Below, one piece after another: positions 29,959-40,106 of a DNA stretch of 64,000 bases. Both the position numbers and the translations under genes were made by a program. This stretch comes from Chitinophagaceae bacterium. GTDB lineage: Bacteria; Bacteroidota; Bacteroidia; Chitinophagales; Chitinophagaceae. Numbering within the stretch: the first letter of the stretch is position 1; each line of letters begins with the position of its first letter. The stretch lies in contig JAYVUL010000006.1 of assembly GCA_043787935.1 (NCBI GenBank), forward strand, positions 1,577 to 65,576, written 5' to 3'. The notes beneath the pieces were generated by a model, which saw nothing but the letters and a program-made list of their open reading frames with translations, did no database searches and was not told where the DNA came from.

Positions 29959-31266
29959 ATGCTGTATCACTTATTCGATTGGCTCACACAACACTGGACA
30001 ACATCCAGGTTTCCCGGAAGTGGATTGTTTCAATTCATCACTTTTAGGGTATTGCTTGCCGTAATATTGAGTTTGGTGATAGCAACCGTGTACGGAAGAA
30101 AATTAATCACTTACCTCGAGAAAAAACAACTGGGTGAAAGTGTAAGGGACCTGGGGCTTGCCGGAGAACAGCAAAAGAAGGGCACACCAACAATGGGTGG
30201 TATCATCATCATCCTCGCCATAATTATTCCAACTTTACTGCTGGCAAACCTTGATAAGGTTTATATCCGCCTGATGCTGTTGTGTACGGTATGGCTGGGC
30301 ACCATCGGTTTTATTGATGACTATTTAAAGATAAGGTCCAAGCGCCTGGCGCAGCAAAAAGGCGTGGCATACAAGAAGAGTGACAGTGATGGACTGGCAG
30401 GCAGGTTTAAAATTTTTGGGCAGGTAATGCTTGGGATTATTGTAGGTGTAACACTCTATTTCAGCCCAAGTGTAACGGTGAAAAGAGAAGTGATTATTGA
30501 CAATGCAGGACAAACCGTTATCAAACCCGGCGAACGAAAGCTAAAGGAAGATACTATACTGATTGACGGGAAGGCACATCGCTTTGTGAGTGTGAAGACA
30601 CCCATTACCACTATTCCGTTTTTAAAAACGCATGAGTTTAACTATGCCAAACTGTTGCCAAAAAGCTGGGAAGATTACACATATATTATCTACATCATCA
30701 TTGTAATATTCATTGTAACGGCAGTTAGCAATGGTGCTAACATCACAGATGGATTGGATGGTTTGGCAACGGGGGTAAGTGCCATTATCGGTATATGCCT
30801 CGGGGTGTTTGCCTATGTAAGCGGTAATATCAAGTTTGCAGAATACCTCAATATCATGTATATCCCCAACCTGGCAGAGTTATCCATTTTTATTGCCGCA
30901 TTTGTAGGCGCCTGTATCGGGTTTTTGTGGTACAATGCTTACCCGGCACAGGTTTTCATGGGCGATACCGGCAGCCTGGCATTGGGTGGTATCATTGCGG
31001 CATTGGCCATAATCGTCCGCAAAGAGTTGTTGATACCTATATTCTGCTTTGTGTTTTTAGTAGAAAATTTAAGTGTGGTGATACAGGTAAGTTATTTTAA
31101 ATACACAAAGAAGAAGTATGGCGAAGGGCGAAGGGTATTTTTAATGAGCCCCCTGCACCATCATTATCAAAAACTGGGCTTTCATGAAAGTAAGATTGCA
31201 GTGCGTTTTTGGATCATGACGATTTTATGCGTGGTGCTGGCAATAGTGACCTTGAAGTTGAGATAA
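29959..31266 (+). CDS. mraY: Phospho-N-acetylmuramoyl-pentapeptide transferase
   Basis: [39 protein letters not shown]. Confidence 0.98.
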   Translation: MLYHLFDWLTQHWTTSRFPGSGLFQFITFRVLLAVILSLVIATVYGRKLITYLEKKQLGESVRDLGLAGEQQKKGTPTMGGIIIILAIIIPTLLLANLDKVYIRLMLLCTVWLGTIGFIDDYLKIRSKRLAQQKGVAYKKSDSDGLAGRFKIFGQVMLGIIVGVTLYFSPSVTVKREVIIDNAGQTVIKPGERKLKEDTILIDGKAHRFVSVKTPITTIPFLKTHEFNYAKLLPKSWEDYTYIIYIIIVIFIVTAVSNGANITDGLDGLATGVSAIIGICLGVFAYVSGNIKFAEYLNIMYIPNLAELSIFIAAFVGACIGFLWYNAYPAQVFMGDTGSLALGGIIAALAIIVRKELLIPIFCFVFLVENLSVVIQVSYFKYTKKKYGEGRRVFLMSPLHHHYQKLGFHESKIAVRFWIMTILCVVLAIVTLKLR

Positions 31267-31323
31267 AAAATCAACCCTTTTGTCCTTTAGCGGACCGGGG
31301 TTATACCATATAAGCCAATACCG

Positions 31324-31498
31324 ATGAAAAACTATCAAGCTGCAAGAAAGCAGAATTATACTTTAGGAAGACTACCCGTTAAGTTCTATGCTGTTGAAAA
31401 ACCTTTTTATTCGTCCTGTTAAAATTGCTATCCAACTAAATTGAACGTATAGACCTGTTAAATTCTATGCTGTTGAAGAACCATTTTTTATTCAGTAA
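31324..31498 (+). pseudogene. Decayed repeat micro-protein (about 58 aa when repaired) between mraY and murD
   Basis: The ATG 31324 frame reads MKNYQAARKQNYTLGRLPVKFYAVEKPFY; a shifted frame continues IRPVKIAIQLN*TYRPVKFYAVEEPFFIQ*; DNA direct repeat at 31378-31412 and 31457-31493. Confidence 0.5.
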
Positions 31499-31526
31499 AC
31501 AAAATTTTGTAACCAATTAAACCAAA

Positions 31527-32867
31527 TTGAAAAAAAAGATCGTCATACTCGGTGCAGGCGAAAGCGGTGTGGGCGCAGCATTACTGGCACTGCAACAGGG
31601 GTATGATGTTTTCGTAAGCGATGGTGGGGTCATTAAGGAAAATTTCAGGCAGGAGTTACTGCATCACCGCATCTCTTTTGAAGAGCAGCAGCACACCGAA
31701 GAAAAAATACTGGATGCGGATGAGGTTATGAAAAGCCCCGGTATACCGGAAAAGAATGAACTGGTAAAAAAAATCAGGGCCCGGGGGATACCCGTTATCA
31801 GTGAAATAGAACTGGCTTACCGATATAAAGGCAACAGTAAAATTATTGCTGTTACAGGTACCAATGGCAAAACCACCACTACTGCATTAACTTATTATAT
31901 CTGCAAGCACGGTGGTGCCGATTGTGCGATGGTGGGGAACATAGGTTTTTCATTTGCAAAGCAGGTGGCAGTGGAGCCCAAACAGTTGTACGTGGTGGAA
32001 GTAAGTTCTTTTCAACTGGACGATATAAAAGACTTCCGGCCTGATGTAGCGGTGCTGACCAATATCACCGAAGATCATTTAGACAGGTATGAATACGATA
32101 TGCAGAATTATATCAACAGTAAGTTTCGTGTTATAATGAACCAGCAGGCAAAAGACATTTTTGTTTATTGCCTTGATGATGAAATAACAAAAAACAATAT
32201 TAACAGGTATCCCATTAAATCAACTTTTTATCCCATTACCATGAACAAAGAACTGCCGCAGGGCGCCTACATCACCAACGCAGAAATGCACATCAAATGG
32301 AAAGGGGAAGAGATGCAGATGAGCATCCAGGATTTTGCCCTGAAGGGGAAACATAACCAGTACAACAGCATGGCAGCGGGCATAGCTTCATTAGCAGTTG
32401 ACATCAAAAAAGAACATGTGAGAGAATCGCTCCAGACATTTCAGAGCCTTGAACACAGGATGGAACCTGTAAACATAATTCGGGGGGTGGAATTTATCAA
32501 TGATAGTAAAGCCACCAATGTAAACAGTACCTGGTTTGCTTTAGAAAGCATGACAAAACCGACAATACTGATATTGGGCGGCATTGATAAAGGCAATGAC
32601 TACACGATTTTGCATGAGCTGGTTAAAGAAAAAGTAAAAGCAATTGTTTGTATAGGCACCGACAACAGGAAGATACATGAAGCGTTTGGTTCTATCGTTT
32701 CGCTGATGGTAAACACGACTACCGCAGCAGAAGCAGTGCAGGCAGCTTTTCATTTTGCCAATAAGGGAGATGTAGTATTGCTTAGCCCGGCCTGTGCAAG
32801 TTTTGATTTATTCAAAAATTATGAGGACAGGGGAAACCAGTTTAAACAGGCAGTAAAGGATTTGTAG
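31527..32867 (+). CDS. murD: UDP-N-acetylmuramoyl-L-alanine:D-glutamate ligase
   Basis: ILGAGESG, VTGTNGKTTT, EVSSFQL, DHLDRY, NDSKATN, LSPACASFD. Confidence 0.98.
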   Translation: MKKKIVILGAGESGVGAALLALQQGYDVFVSDGGVIKENFRQELLHHRISFEEQQHTEEKILDADEVMKSPGIPEKNELVKKIRARGIPVISEIELAYRYKGNSKIIAVTGTNGKTTTTALTYYICKHGGADCAMVGNIGFSFAKQVAVEPKQLYVVEVSSFQLDDIKDFRPDVAVLTNITEDHLDRYEYDMQNYINSKFRVIMNQQAKDIFVYCLDDEITKNNINRYPIKSTFYPITMNKELPQGAYITNAEMHIKWKGEEMQMSIQDFALKGKHNQYNSMAAGIASLAVDIKKEHVRESLQTFQSLEHRMEPVNIIRGVEFINDSKATNVNSTWFALESMTKPTILILGGIDKGNDYTILHELVKEKVKAIVCIGTDNRKIHEAFGSIVSLMVNTTTAAEAVQAAFHFANKGDVVLLSPACASFDLFKNYEDRGNQFKQAVKDL

Positions 32868-32999
32868 CTTCCTTCCCCTTAAGGGATTTAGCACTTTCAA
32901 CCTGCGGAGGCAATAGCATTAAAAATAATTACTGCAATTGAAAAAACGCAACTTCTAAAATATAATAACAAATACAGGTGGTATACAACTCCACAAAAA

Positions 33000-34316
33000 A
33001 TGTCAGATACTAAAACGATATTAAAACAAATATTCGGCTTCAGTGAAACTACTGAGGGAGCTTTCAGTTCTTCTATCAAAGGGCTTGGCCCCACCAATCT
33101 TGTCAGTAAAACAAAAGGTGACAAAGTAATCTGGGCCATTGTTGTTATTCTCACTTTGGTGAGTTTGCTTGTAGTGTACAGCAGTACCGGTTCACTGGCT
33201 TACAAGTATAGCAAGAGCACAGAAAGCTTTTTATTCAAACAATTTGCTTTTATTATTCTTGGCGTGCTGGTTATTTATTTTGCTCACCGGGTTAACTATA
33301 CAATCTATTCAAGGATTGCACTGATATTATTCCTGGTATCTATTCCGCTTTTGTTGTACACGTTGTTTTTTGGAGTACAACTGAATGCCGGCAGCCGCTG
33401 GATCAAATTGCCCGTCATCAATATGACGTTTCAAACATCTGACCTGGCAAAATTAGCGCTGTTCATGTACATGAGCCGCCAGTTGAGCCGCAAACAGGCG
33501 GTAATCAAGGATTTCAAAAAAGGCTTCCTGCCTATCATTATTCCGGTGGGAATTATTTGTTTGCTGATAGCTCCGGCAAACCTTTCCACTGCAATTTTAA
33601 TAGCAGGTACAAGTGTTTTGTTAATGTTTATCGGGCGTGTAAATACAAAACATATTTTGGCTACTATTGGTGTCGCAATGATTCCTGCACTGCTGTTGAT
33701 CAGCATCGCAGTAAAGTATTATGACAAAGAAGAACACAAGCCAAAAGAACTCCCTTCAATTTTATCTGCCGGCCGGGTACCTACCTGGATAGGAAGGATA
33801 CAAACTTTTATCTACAGTAATAAAGAAGACCAGAATGAAAAACTCTACCAGATCAACCAGGCAAAAATAGCCATAGCAAGCGGGGGCTGGTTTGGTAAAG
33901 GCCCGGGTAACAGCAATGCAAGAAATTTTTTACCACATTCTTACAGCGATTTTATTTTCGCTATCATTTTAGAAGAGTATGGTTTGCTGGGTGGCACTTT
34001 CATTGTATTTATTTACCTGTTGTTTTTGTACCGATGTATCAGGCTTTACCAAAAATGCCCTTTTGCATTTGGTGCATTCCTGGCGCTGGCATTGAGTTTT
34101 ACGCTTGTGATACAGGCCATAGCCAACATGGGGGTGAATGTAAATGTTTTTCCCAATACGGGAGTAACGTTACCACTGGTAAGCATGGGTGGCAGTAGTT
34201 TTCTGTTCACCTGTTTATCAATCGGGATCATATTAAGTGTGGCAAGAAACGTAGAAAAGATAGAAGGCGATAAAGTAGCAGCCATAGAAAAAGAAGTGGC
34301 AGCAGTAGGGGAATAA
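33000..34316 (+). CDS. ftsW: SEDS family peptidoglycan glycosyltransferase FtsW
   Basis: GSRWIKL, FQTSDLAKL, GKGPGNS, SDFIFAIILEEYG, GVTLPLVSMGGSS. Confidence 0.95.
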   Translation: MSDTKTILKQIFGFSETTEGAFSSSIKGLGPTNLVSKTKGDKVIWAIVVILTLVSLLVVYSSTGSLAYKYSKSTESFLFKQFAFIILGVLVIYFAHRVNYTIYSRIALILFLVSIPLLLYTLFFGVQLNAGSRWIKLPVINMTFQTSDLAKLALFMYMSRQLSRKQAVIKDFKKGFLPIIIPVGIICLLIAPANLSTAILIAGTSVLLMFIGRVNTKHILATIGVAMIPALLLISIAVKYYDKEEHKPKELPSILSAGRVPTWIGRIQTFIYSNKEDQNEKLYQINQAKIAIASGGWFGKGPGNSNARNFLPHSYSDFIFAIILEEYGLLGGTFIVFIYLLFLYRCIRLYQKCPFAFGAFLALALSFTLVIQAIANMGVNVNVFPNTGVTLPLVSMGGSSFLFTCLSIGIILSVARNVEKIEGDKVAAIEKEVAAVGE

Positions 34317-34360
34317 GAAAAGAAACTTTATTGAGCAGACAGGTGTTCCCTGATTATACA

Positions 34361-34389
34361 TCGTTGCGTTGCACGCTTGTACTGAATAC
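34361..34389 (+). repeat. Dispersed repeat, family B (ftsW-murG spacer)
   Basis: TCGTTGCGTTGCACGCTTGTACTGAATAC. Confidence 0.8.
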
Positions 34390-34453
34390 CAATATGCAGC
34401 TTGTAAATGAAACTTGAAAATAATTATAAAATAGTAAAGCCACCCGTTGAATA

Positions 34454-35623
34454 GTGAATGAACCAAAAACTATACAAGACAAGAACCCTGCTTCGGAGGG
34501 CGGCGGGGCTGGAGGGGGGTTGAGAATTATTCTTGCCGGTGGAGGAACCGGTGGTCATATATTCCCGGCGATAGCCATTGCCAACGCGATAAAAAAAATG
34601 CAGCCCAATGTTGACATTTTGTTTGTTGGGGCAAACGGAAAAATGGAAATGGAAAAAGTGCCGCAGGCAGGATACAAAATTGAAGGATTGGATATTGCAG
34701 GGTTTAACAGAAGTTCTTTGATTAAAAATATTGGGTTGCCTTTTAAGCTGGTGAAAAGCTTTTTGCAGGTACGGACAATATTTAAAAAGTTCAAACCGGC
34801 AGCGGTAATTGGTGTAGGCGGTTATTCAAGTTTTCCGGTGTTGAGGTTTGCACAGTCGAAGGGTATCAAAACTTTTATCCACGAAAGCAATTCTTTTGCC
34901 GGAAAAACTAACATGTTACTTGGTAAAAAGGCCACTAAAATTTTTGTAGCCATTGACGGAATGGAAAAATTTTTCCCGCAAAAAAAAATAATAATCAGCG
35001 GAAACCCGGTAAGGTCAGGTATTACCAGCAACAGGCTGACCCGGGAAGAAGCACTGAATTTCTTTGGATTAGATGCCAATAAAAAAACAGTACTTTCAAT
35101 TGGTGGAAGCCTTGGAGCAAAGAGTATCAACGAAGCCCTGGATAATGGCATAGCGTTATTTGAAAAGAACAACCTGCAACTGATATGGCAAACCGGCAAG
35201 CCATACGCTGAAAAAGGAAAAGAAAGAAGCGCAGGCAGAAAAGGCATTTGGGTAAATGATTTCATTACACAAATGGAATATGCTTATGCTGCAGCAGACG
35301 TTGTCATCAGCAGGAGCGGAGCAATGAGTGTGGGCGAGTTGTGTGTAATGAAAAAGCCGGCATTGTTTGTACCTTATCCATTTGCAGCAGAAGACCACCA
35401 GGCTGTAAATGCAAAAAAGCTGGTGGACAGAAATGCAGCCATCATGATCAAAGACAGTGAAGTAGCAGAAAAACTGGTATCAACCATTATCGCTTTAACA
35501 AAAGATGAGCAAAAGCAAAACGAATTGAAATCAAACATCGGCAAATTGGCAATAACTGATGCGGATGAAGTAATAGCAAGGGAAATTTTAAAAGTACTGC
35601 TCCCATACTATAAAGTGGGGTAA
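34454..35623 (+). CDS. murG: Undecaprenyl-PP-MurNAc-pentapeptide GlcNAc transferase
   Basis: GGGTGGHIFPA, GVGGYSS, GGSLGA, SRSGA, VPYPFAAEDHQ; start uncertain (GTG 34454 or TTG 34520). Confidence 0.96.
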   Translation: MNEPKTIQDKNPASEGGGAGGGLRIILAGGGTGGHIFPAIAIANAIKKMQPNVDILFVGANGKMEMEKVPQAGYKIEGLDIAGFNRSSLIKNIGLPFKLVKSFLQVRTIFKKFKPAAVIGVGGYSSFPVLRFAQSKGIKTFIHESNSFAGKTNMLLGKKATKIFVAIDGMEKFFPQKKIIISGNPVRSGITSNRLTREEALNFFGLDANKKTVLSIGGSLGAKSINEALDNGIALFEKNNLQLIWQTGKPYAEKGKERSAGRKGIWVNDFITQMEYAYAAADVVISRSGAMSVGELCVMKKPALFVPYPFAAEDHQAVNAKKLVDRNAAIMIKDSEVAEKLVSTIIALTKDEQKQNELKSNIGKLAITDADEVIAREILKVLLPYYKVG

Positions 35624-35734
35624 TGCAGGTGCTCAAAACTTGAAATATTTTCCTGGCCGCAAACATTGGGAATTGTTAGTGAGAAAATATAGGAGGGTAG
35701 TGTGCAGGATAAAAATGGTTGGATAATTACAGAG

Positions 35735-35775
35735 GCACCGTCCTTCTCCTGTAAAAGAAGGATAAGAGCATGAGG
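35735..35775 (-). repeat. REP-like element (CCTCAT..CTCTTATC..GAGAAGG..GGTGC subtype)
   Basis: Reverse complement closely matches 52810-52852. Confidence 0.7.
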
Positions 35776-35820
35776 TGAAGAAAAGATGCTAAAATCAAAA
35801 CTGATACAACACTGAAAAGA

Positions 35821-37254
35821 ATGAAAAGTGTACAAGAAATAGTAGAGTCGCTGAATAACTCCCCGCTGGCCAGCGGGGATGGAGGAAGTATTTACTTCCT
35901 GGGCATAGGCGGCATTGGCATGAGTGCATTGGCAAGGTATTTTAATTCAAAGGGAATTGCAGTAAGTGGGTATGATAAAACAGAAACAGCATTATGCAAA
36001 CAATTAGCTGCGGAAGGAATACGAATACACTACGAAGATAACATTGAGTTCATTGACAGGAATGCAAAATTGGTGGTATACACACCTGCCGTTCCAAATG
36101 ACCACACCGAACTGAATTATTATTTGCATCATAATTACCCGGTGGTAAAACGAAGCGAAGTATTAGGTGCTATCACCGGAAGTTCATTTAATATCTGTGT
36201 GGCAGGAACCCATGGCAAAACAACCACCAGTACTATGGTAGCCCATATTTTACGGCACAGTGGATATGGTTGTAATGCTTTTTTAGGAGGTATCGCAGTT
36301 AACTATAACACTAATTTCTGGAGCAGTGAAAAAAATATTTGTGTGGCAGAGGCAGATGAATACGACAGAAGCTTTTTAAAATTAAGCCCTGATGTTGCCA
36401 TCATCAGTTCAATGGATCCGGACCACCTGGATATTTACGGAACTGCAGGAAATATGGAACAGGCATTTATAGATTTTTCAGCTAAAATTAAACCAGGCGG
36501 TTTACTGATCAGTAAATATGGTTTAAAGCGGAACAGCGATTTAAAAGCACCCCGGCATATCACCTACGATGTGCAAAATGAAAAGGCAGATGCACATGCT
36601 TTGAATATCAAAATCAATAATGGCAGTTACAGGTTTGATGTAAAAATAAAAGAGCAGATTATAAATGAAGTGGTGTTAAATATGGGCGGTATGCATAATA
36701 TAGAAAATGCGGTGGCGGCCATAACAGTGGCAGCACATTTAGAGATCCCTGGTGAAAGAATAATAGCTGCAGTAGCCGATTTCAAAGGAGTAAAAAGAAG
36801 GTTTGAATATATCATAAGGAGTGAGGATACGGTAATGATCGATGATTACGCCCATCACCCGGAAGAGTTAAGGGCATTGATAACCGGGGCAAAGAAAATG
36901 TTCAGCAATAAAAAATGTACCGTTGTTTTTCAACCTCATTTATTCAGCCGCACAAAAGACCTGGCGGATGGATTTGCAGAAGTGCTTGACATGGCAGACG
37001 AAACGGTACTGTTACCCATCTACCCCGCAAGGGAACTGCCGATAGAAGGAGTGAGCAGTGAAATGATTATTGAGCGGATGCAAAGTGAAAATAAAATGGT
37101 GCTTAGTAAAGAAAATTTATTGAAGCACCTGGCGCAGGAAAAGGAAGCACATATTGAAGAAGGTTTCGAAGGCACACTGATCATAACCGCAGGTGCAGGG
37201 GATATAGACACATTGGTAGAACCAATAAAGGAAATATTGATTAATAAAAATTAA
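35821..37254 (+). CDS. murC: UDP-N-acetylmuramate:L-alanine ligase
   Basis: FLGIGGIGMSALA, AGTHGKTTT, EADEYDRSFL, DHLDIY, GVKRRFE, DDYAHHP. Confidence 0.98.
   Translation: MKSVQEIVESLNNSPLASGDGGSIYFLGIGGIGMSALARYFNSKGIAVSGYDKTETALCKQLAAEGIRIHYEDNIEFIDRNAKLVVYTPAVPNDHTELNYYLHHNYPVVKRSEVLGAITGSSFNICVAGTHGKTTTSTMVAHILRHSGYGCNAFLGGIAVNYNTNFWSSEKNICVAEADEYDRSFLKLSPDVAIISSMDPDHLDIYGTAGNMEQAFIDFSAKIKPGGLLISKYGLKRNSDLKAPRHITYDVQNEKADAHALNIKINNGSYRFDVKIKEQIINEVVLNMGGMHNIENAVAAITVAAHLEIPGERIIAAVADFKGVKRRFEYIIRSEDTVMIDDYAHHPEELRALITGAKKMFSNKKCTVVFQPHLFSRTKDLADGFAEVLDMADETVLLPIYPARELPIEGVSSEMIIERMQSENKMVLSKENLLKHLAQEKEAHIEEGFEGTLIITAGAGDIDTLVEPIKEILINKN
35860..35879. repeat. Perfect 20-bp palindrome inside the murC coding sequence
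   Basis: TCCCCGCTGGCCAGCGGGGA; its CCGCT-N4-AGCGG core is shared with 40124-40137 and 40275-40288. Confidence 0.8.
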
Positions 37255-37304
37255 AAATACGCTTTAAATGGAAGGGCTCAAACTCCCCTTCCCGGTAAAG
37301 GAGC

Positions 37305-38564
37305 ATGATAACAAAGAAAACGATAGTAAAATGGACATTCACCACACTTTGGGTGGCTGCATTTGCAGCAGTGGTGGTGCTGCTGGTAGCTGCCATACGG
37401 AAAGAAGAAAAACAACAATGTACTGCCATCACAGTGAACATCAGGGGAGTGAGTAATAACTTTTTTGTAGATAAAAATGATATACTCAATGCGCTGAATG
37501 ATTTTATTGATGGCTCGCCCGTGGGCCAGCCGGTTGGTTCATTTAATTTAAGGGCAATTGAAAATGAGTTGCAAAAAAATGTGTGGGTAAAAAAAATACA
37601 ACTGTTCTTTGATAATACTGCCAGGCTGCAGGTGGATGTATTGGAAAGGGAACCCGTGGCAAGGGTATTTACTACCGCTGGTACTACTTTTTATATAGAC
37701 AGTTCCATCACCATGCTGCCATTGAGCGAAAAGTTTTCTGCCAGGTTACCGGTGTTTACCAATTTCCCCTCCGATAAGGCGGTGCTTACCAAAGCAGACA
37801 GTGCTTTGCTGAAAGATATTTTTATTGTCAGCATGGCCATACAAAAAGATTCTTTCCGCATGGCAATGATAGACCAGGTAGATATAACACCACAAAGAAC
37901 TTTTGAACTGGTACCTAAAATTGGCAATACAGCAATTGTGTTTGGTAATGCCGTTGATGTAGAAGAAAAATTTGATAAGCTGCTGCTGTTTTACAAAGAA
38001 GTACTGACAAAAAGCGGGTGGGATTATTATAGTTCGGTGAATGTGCAATATGCGGGACAGGTAGTGGCAAAACGAAAAGGCGCTGAAGATAAATCTGCAG
38101 ACTCATTGCGAACGCTTCAACTGATGCAGTTGATTGCATATAATGCAGAACTGCAGGCTAATGATTCAATGCAGACCATTGCACAGGATAATGAACACAA
38201 CACAACAGACCTTAACCTGATACAACAATCCATACAGCGTGATGATAATGGGGAATCCTACACTACGGGTGAAACAGCAAAACCATTGGGAGTTCCGGTT
38301 ATTATCAAAGCGGCATCAACTAATCCGCTGCCCCGGAAAAACCCGGGCACTGCAATACCTAAACCTGTGGCGACCCTTCCCTTAAAACTTAAACTGCCAC
38401 CGCCGGTAAAGAAGCCGGCTGCAGCAATACAAAAACCAGTAATGATAAAACCAGTAACAAACAATATCAAACCGGTAAATAATCCGGTAGCAACTAAAAC
38501 AAAACCTGCTGCAGCAAATACTCAGAAGCCAAAAGCAACAATGCCGAAAACGAATGATTATTAA
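37305..38564 (+). CDS. ftsQ: Cell division protein FtsQ/DivIB with a long Pro/Lys-rich C-terminal tail
   Basis: N-terminal TM helix, POTRA-like region (NELQKNVWVKK...EREPVARVF); located between murC and ftsA. Confidence 0.88.
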   Translation: MITKKTIVKWTFTTLWVAAFAAVVVLLVAAIRKEEKQQCTAITVNIRGVSNNFFVDKNDILNALNDFIDGSPVGQPVGSFNLRAIENELQKNVWVKKIQLFFDNTARLQVDVLEREPVARVFTTAGTTFYIDSSITMLPLSEKFSARLPVFTNFPSDKAVLTKADSALLKDIFIVSMAIQKDSFRMAMIDQVDITPQRTFELVPKIGNTAIVFGNAVDVEEKFDKLLLFYKEVLTKSGWDYYSSVNVQYAGQVVAKRKGAEDKSADSLRTLQLMQLIAYNAELQANDSMQTIAQDNEHNTTDLNLIQQSIQRDDNGESYTTGETAKPLGVPVIIKAASTNPLPRKNPGTAIPKPVATLPLKLKLPPPVKKPAAAIQKPVMIKPVTNNIKPVNNPVATKTKPAAANTQKPKATMPKTNDY

Positions 38565-38674
38565 AAAGAGAACATGGTAAATGGATTATGGACTTCAGGT
38601 TGTAAATAATAACTATGGACCAATAACAGTGGGCCATCAATATAAAAAAACACACAAAACACAAACACAAAACT

Positions 38675-40105
38675 ATGAGCAACGAACAAACATCAACATT
38701 AGATAACGGGGCCGTGAACAATAACCCCGTTATTGTAGGTCTCGACATCGGCACTACAAAAATTGCAGCTATCGCAGGCCGTAAAAACGAATATGGTAAA
38801 CTCGAAATTTTGGGCTTTGGCCGTGCCAACAGCAATGGTGTGCAGCATGGCATGGTGCTGAATATCGACCAGACGATAAAAGCCATTCAGACTGCACTGG
38901 AAAACTGTTACGCCTCCAATCCAAACCTTGCTATCAGTGAAGTGTATGTGGGCATTGCAGGCCATCATATCAAGAGCCTCCAAACAAGGGGCGATATTGT
39001 GCGCCAGGCTACCGAAGAAGAAATTCACCAGGATGAAATTGACCGCCTCATCGCAGATCAGTACCGCACGTACATTCCTGCAGGCGACCAGATCATTGAT
39101 GTGATCCCACAGGAATTTACAGTGGATAATTTTCAGAATATTCCTAACCCCATTGGATACAGTGGTGTAAAAGTGGGTGCCAATTTTCATATCATCACCG
39201 GCGACAAAAACGCTATCCGCAACATTAACCGGAGTGTGGAAAAAGCCGGGTTGAAAACACAGGATTTAGTATTGCAGCCACTGGCATCAGCAGCGGCCGT
39301 AATGTGCGACCAGGACCTGGAAGCTGGGGTAGCCATTGTAGATATTGGCGGCGGCACTACCGATCTCGCCGTTTTTTATGAAGGTATATTAAAACATACT
39401 GCCGTAATTCCTTTTGGTGGGGAGAACATTACCAATGATATTAAAAATGGTTTGGGAGTTTTGAAAACACAGGCAGAACAAATGAAAGTGCAGTTCGGCA
39501 GCGCCTTGAGTGACGAAGCAAAAGCCAATGCATTTATCACCATTCCCGGATTGCGGGGTATGCCGCCAAAGGAGATCAGTGTAAAAAACCTGGCAGGCAT
39601 CATACAAGCCCGTATGAGTGAGATCATGGATTTTGTAAGCTATCATTTAAAGCAGGTTGGTTTGGATACCCGCTTACTTAATGGCGGTGTAATACTTACT
39701 GGCGGCGGATCCCAGCTAAAACACCTGATCCAGCTAACAGAATATGTTACGGGGTTAAATGCAAGGATTGGTTATCCCAACGAACATTTGGCAAGCGGGC
39801 ACATTGATGAACTTACCAAACCAATGTACAGTACCTGTATCGGTTTAATTCTGAAAGGGTACAACGATTACGAAAATAAGAACAAGCAGTTTGAAGAACA
39901 GTTCAGAAAGGTGAATGTGCCTGCTTCATTGCAGCCGCCGCAAGTAGATGAAGTAATAGATGCCTTGCCGGAAGAAGAAACCGCACTGGTGGAAGAGCTG
40001 CAGGCGTCGAAAGTAAAAGAGCGTAAATCACTGAAAACATTTATGGACTCTTTCAAAAATGGGTTGATCGACCTGTTTAAGGAAGAAGGGGACGCACAGT
40101 TGTAA
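38675..40105 (+). CDS. ftsA: Cell division protein FtsA
   Basis: GLDIGTTKI, VDIGGGTTD, GGENITNDI, LTGGGSQL. Confidence 0.98.
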   Translation: MSNEQTSTLDNGAVNNNPVIVGLDIGTTKIAAIAGRKNEYGKLEILGFGRANSNGVQHGMVLNIDQTIKAIQTALENCYASNPNLAISEVYVGIAGHHIKSLQTRGDIVRQATEEEIHQDEIDRLIADQYRTYIPAGDQIIDVIPQEFTVDNFQNIPNPIGYSGVKVGANFHIITGDKNAIRNINRSVEKAGLKTQDLVLQPLASAAAVMCDQDLEAGVAIVDIGGGTTDLAVFYEGILKHTAVIPFGGENITNDIKNGLGVLKTQAEQMKVQFGSALSDEAKANAFITIPGLRGMPPKEISVKNLAGIIQARMSEIMDFVSYHLKQVGLDTRLLNGGVILTGGGSQLKHLIQLTEYVTGLNARIGYPNEHLASGHIDELTKPMYSTCIGLILKGYNDYENKNKQFEEQFRKVNVPASLQPPQVDEVIDALPEEETALVEELQASKVKERKSLKTFMDSFKNGLIDLFKEEGDAQL

Positions 40106-40106
40106 A

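Noticed and set aside
31376-31493. Possible mini-CRISPR array (repeat, ~40-bp spacer, repeat)
   Set aside because: Only two imperfect copies; the 'spacer' begins like a third unit; differences are codon-like; no cas genes in the window
33000-33105. FtsW N-terminal extension derived from a REP-like element
   Set aside because: Only short fragments (GAGGGAGC, GGCCCCACC) resemble family A; too degenerate to support
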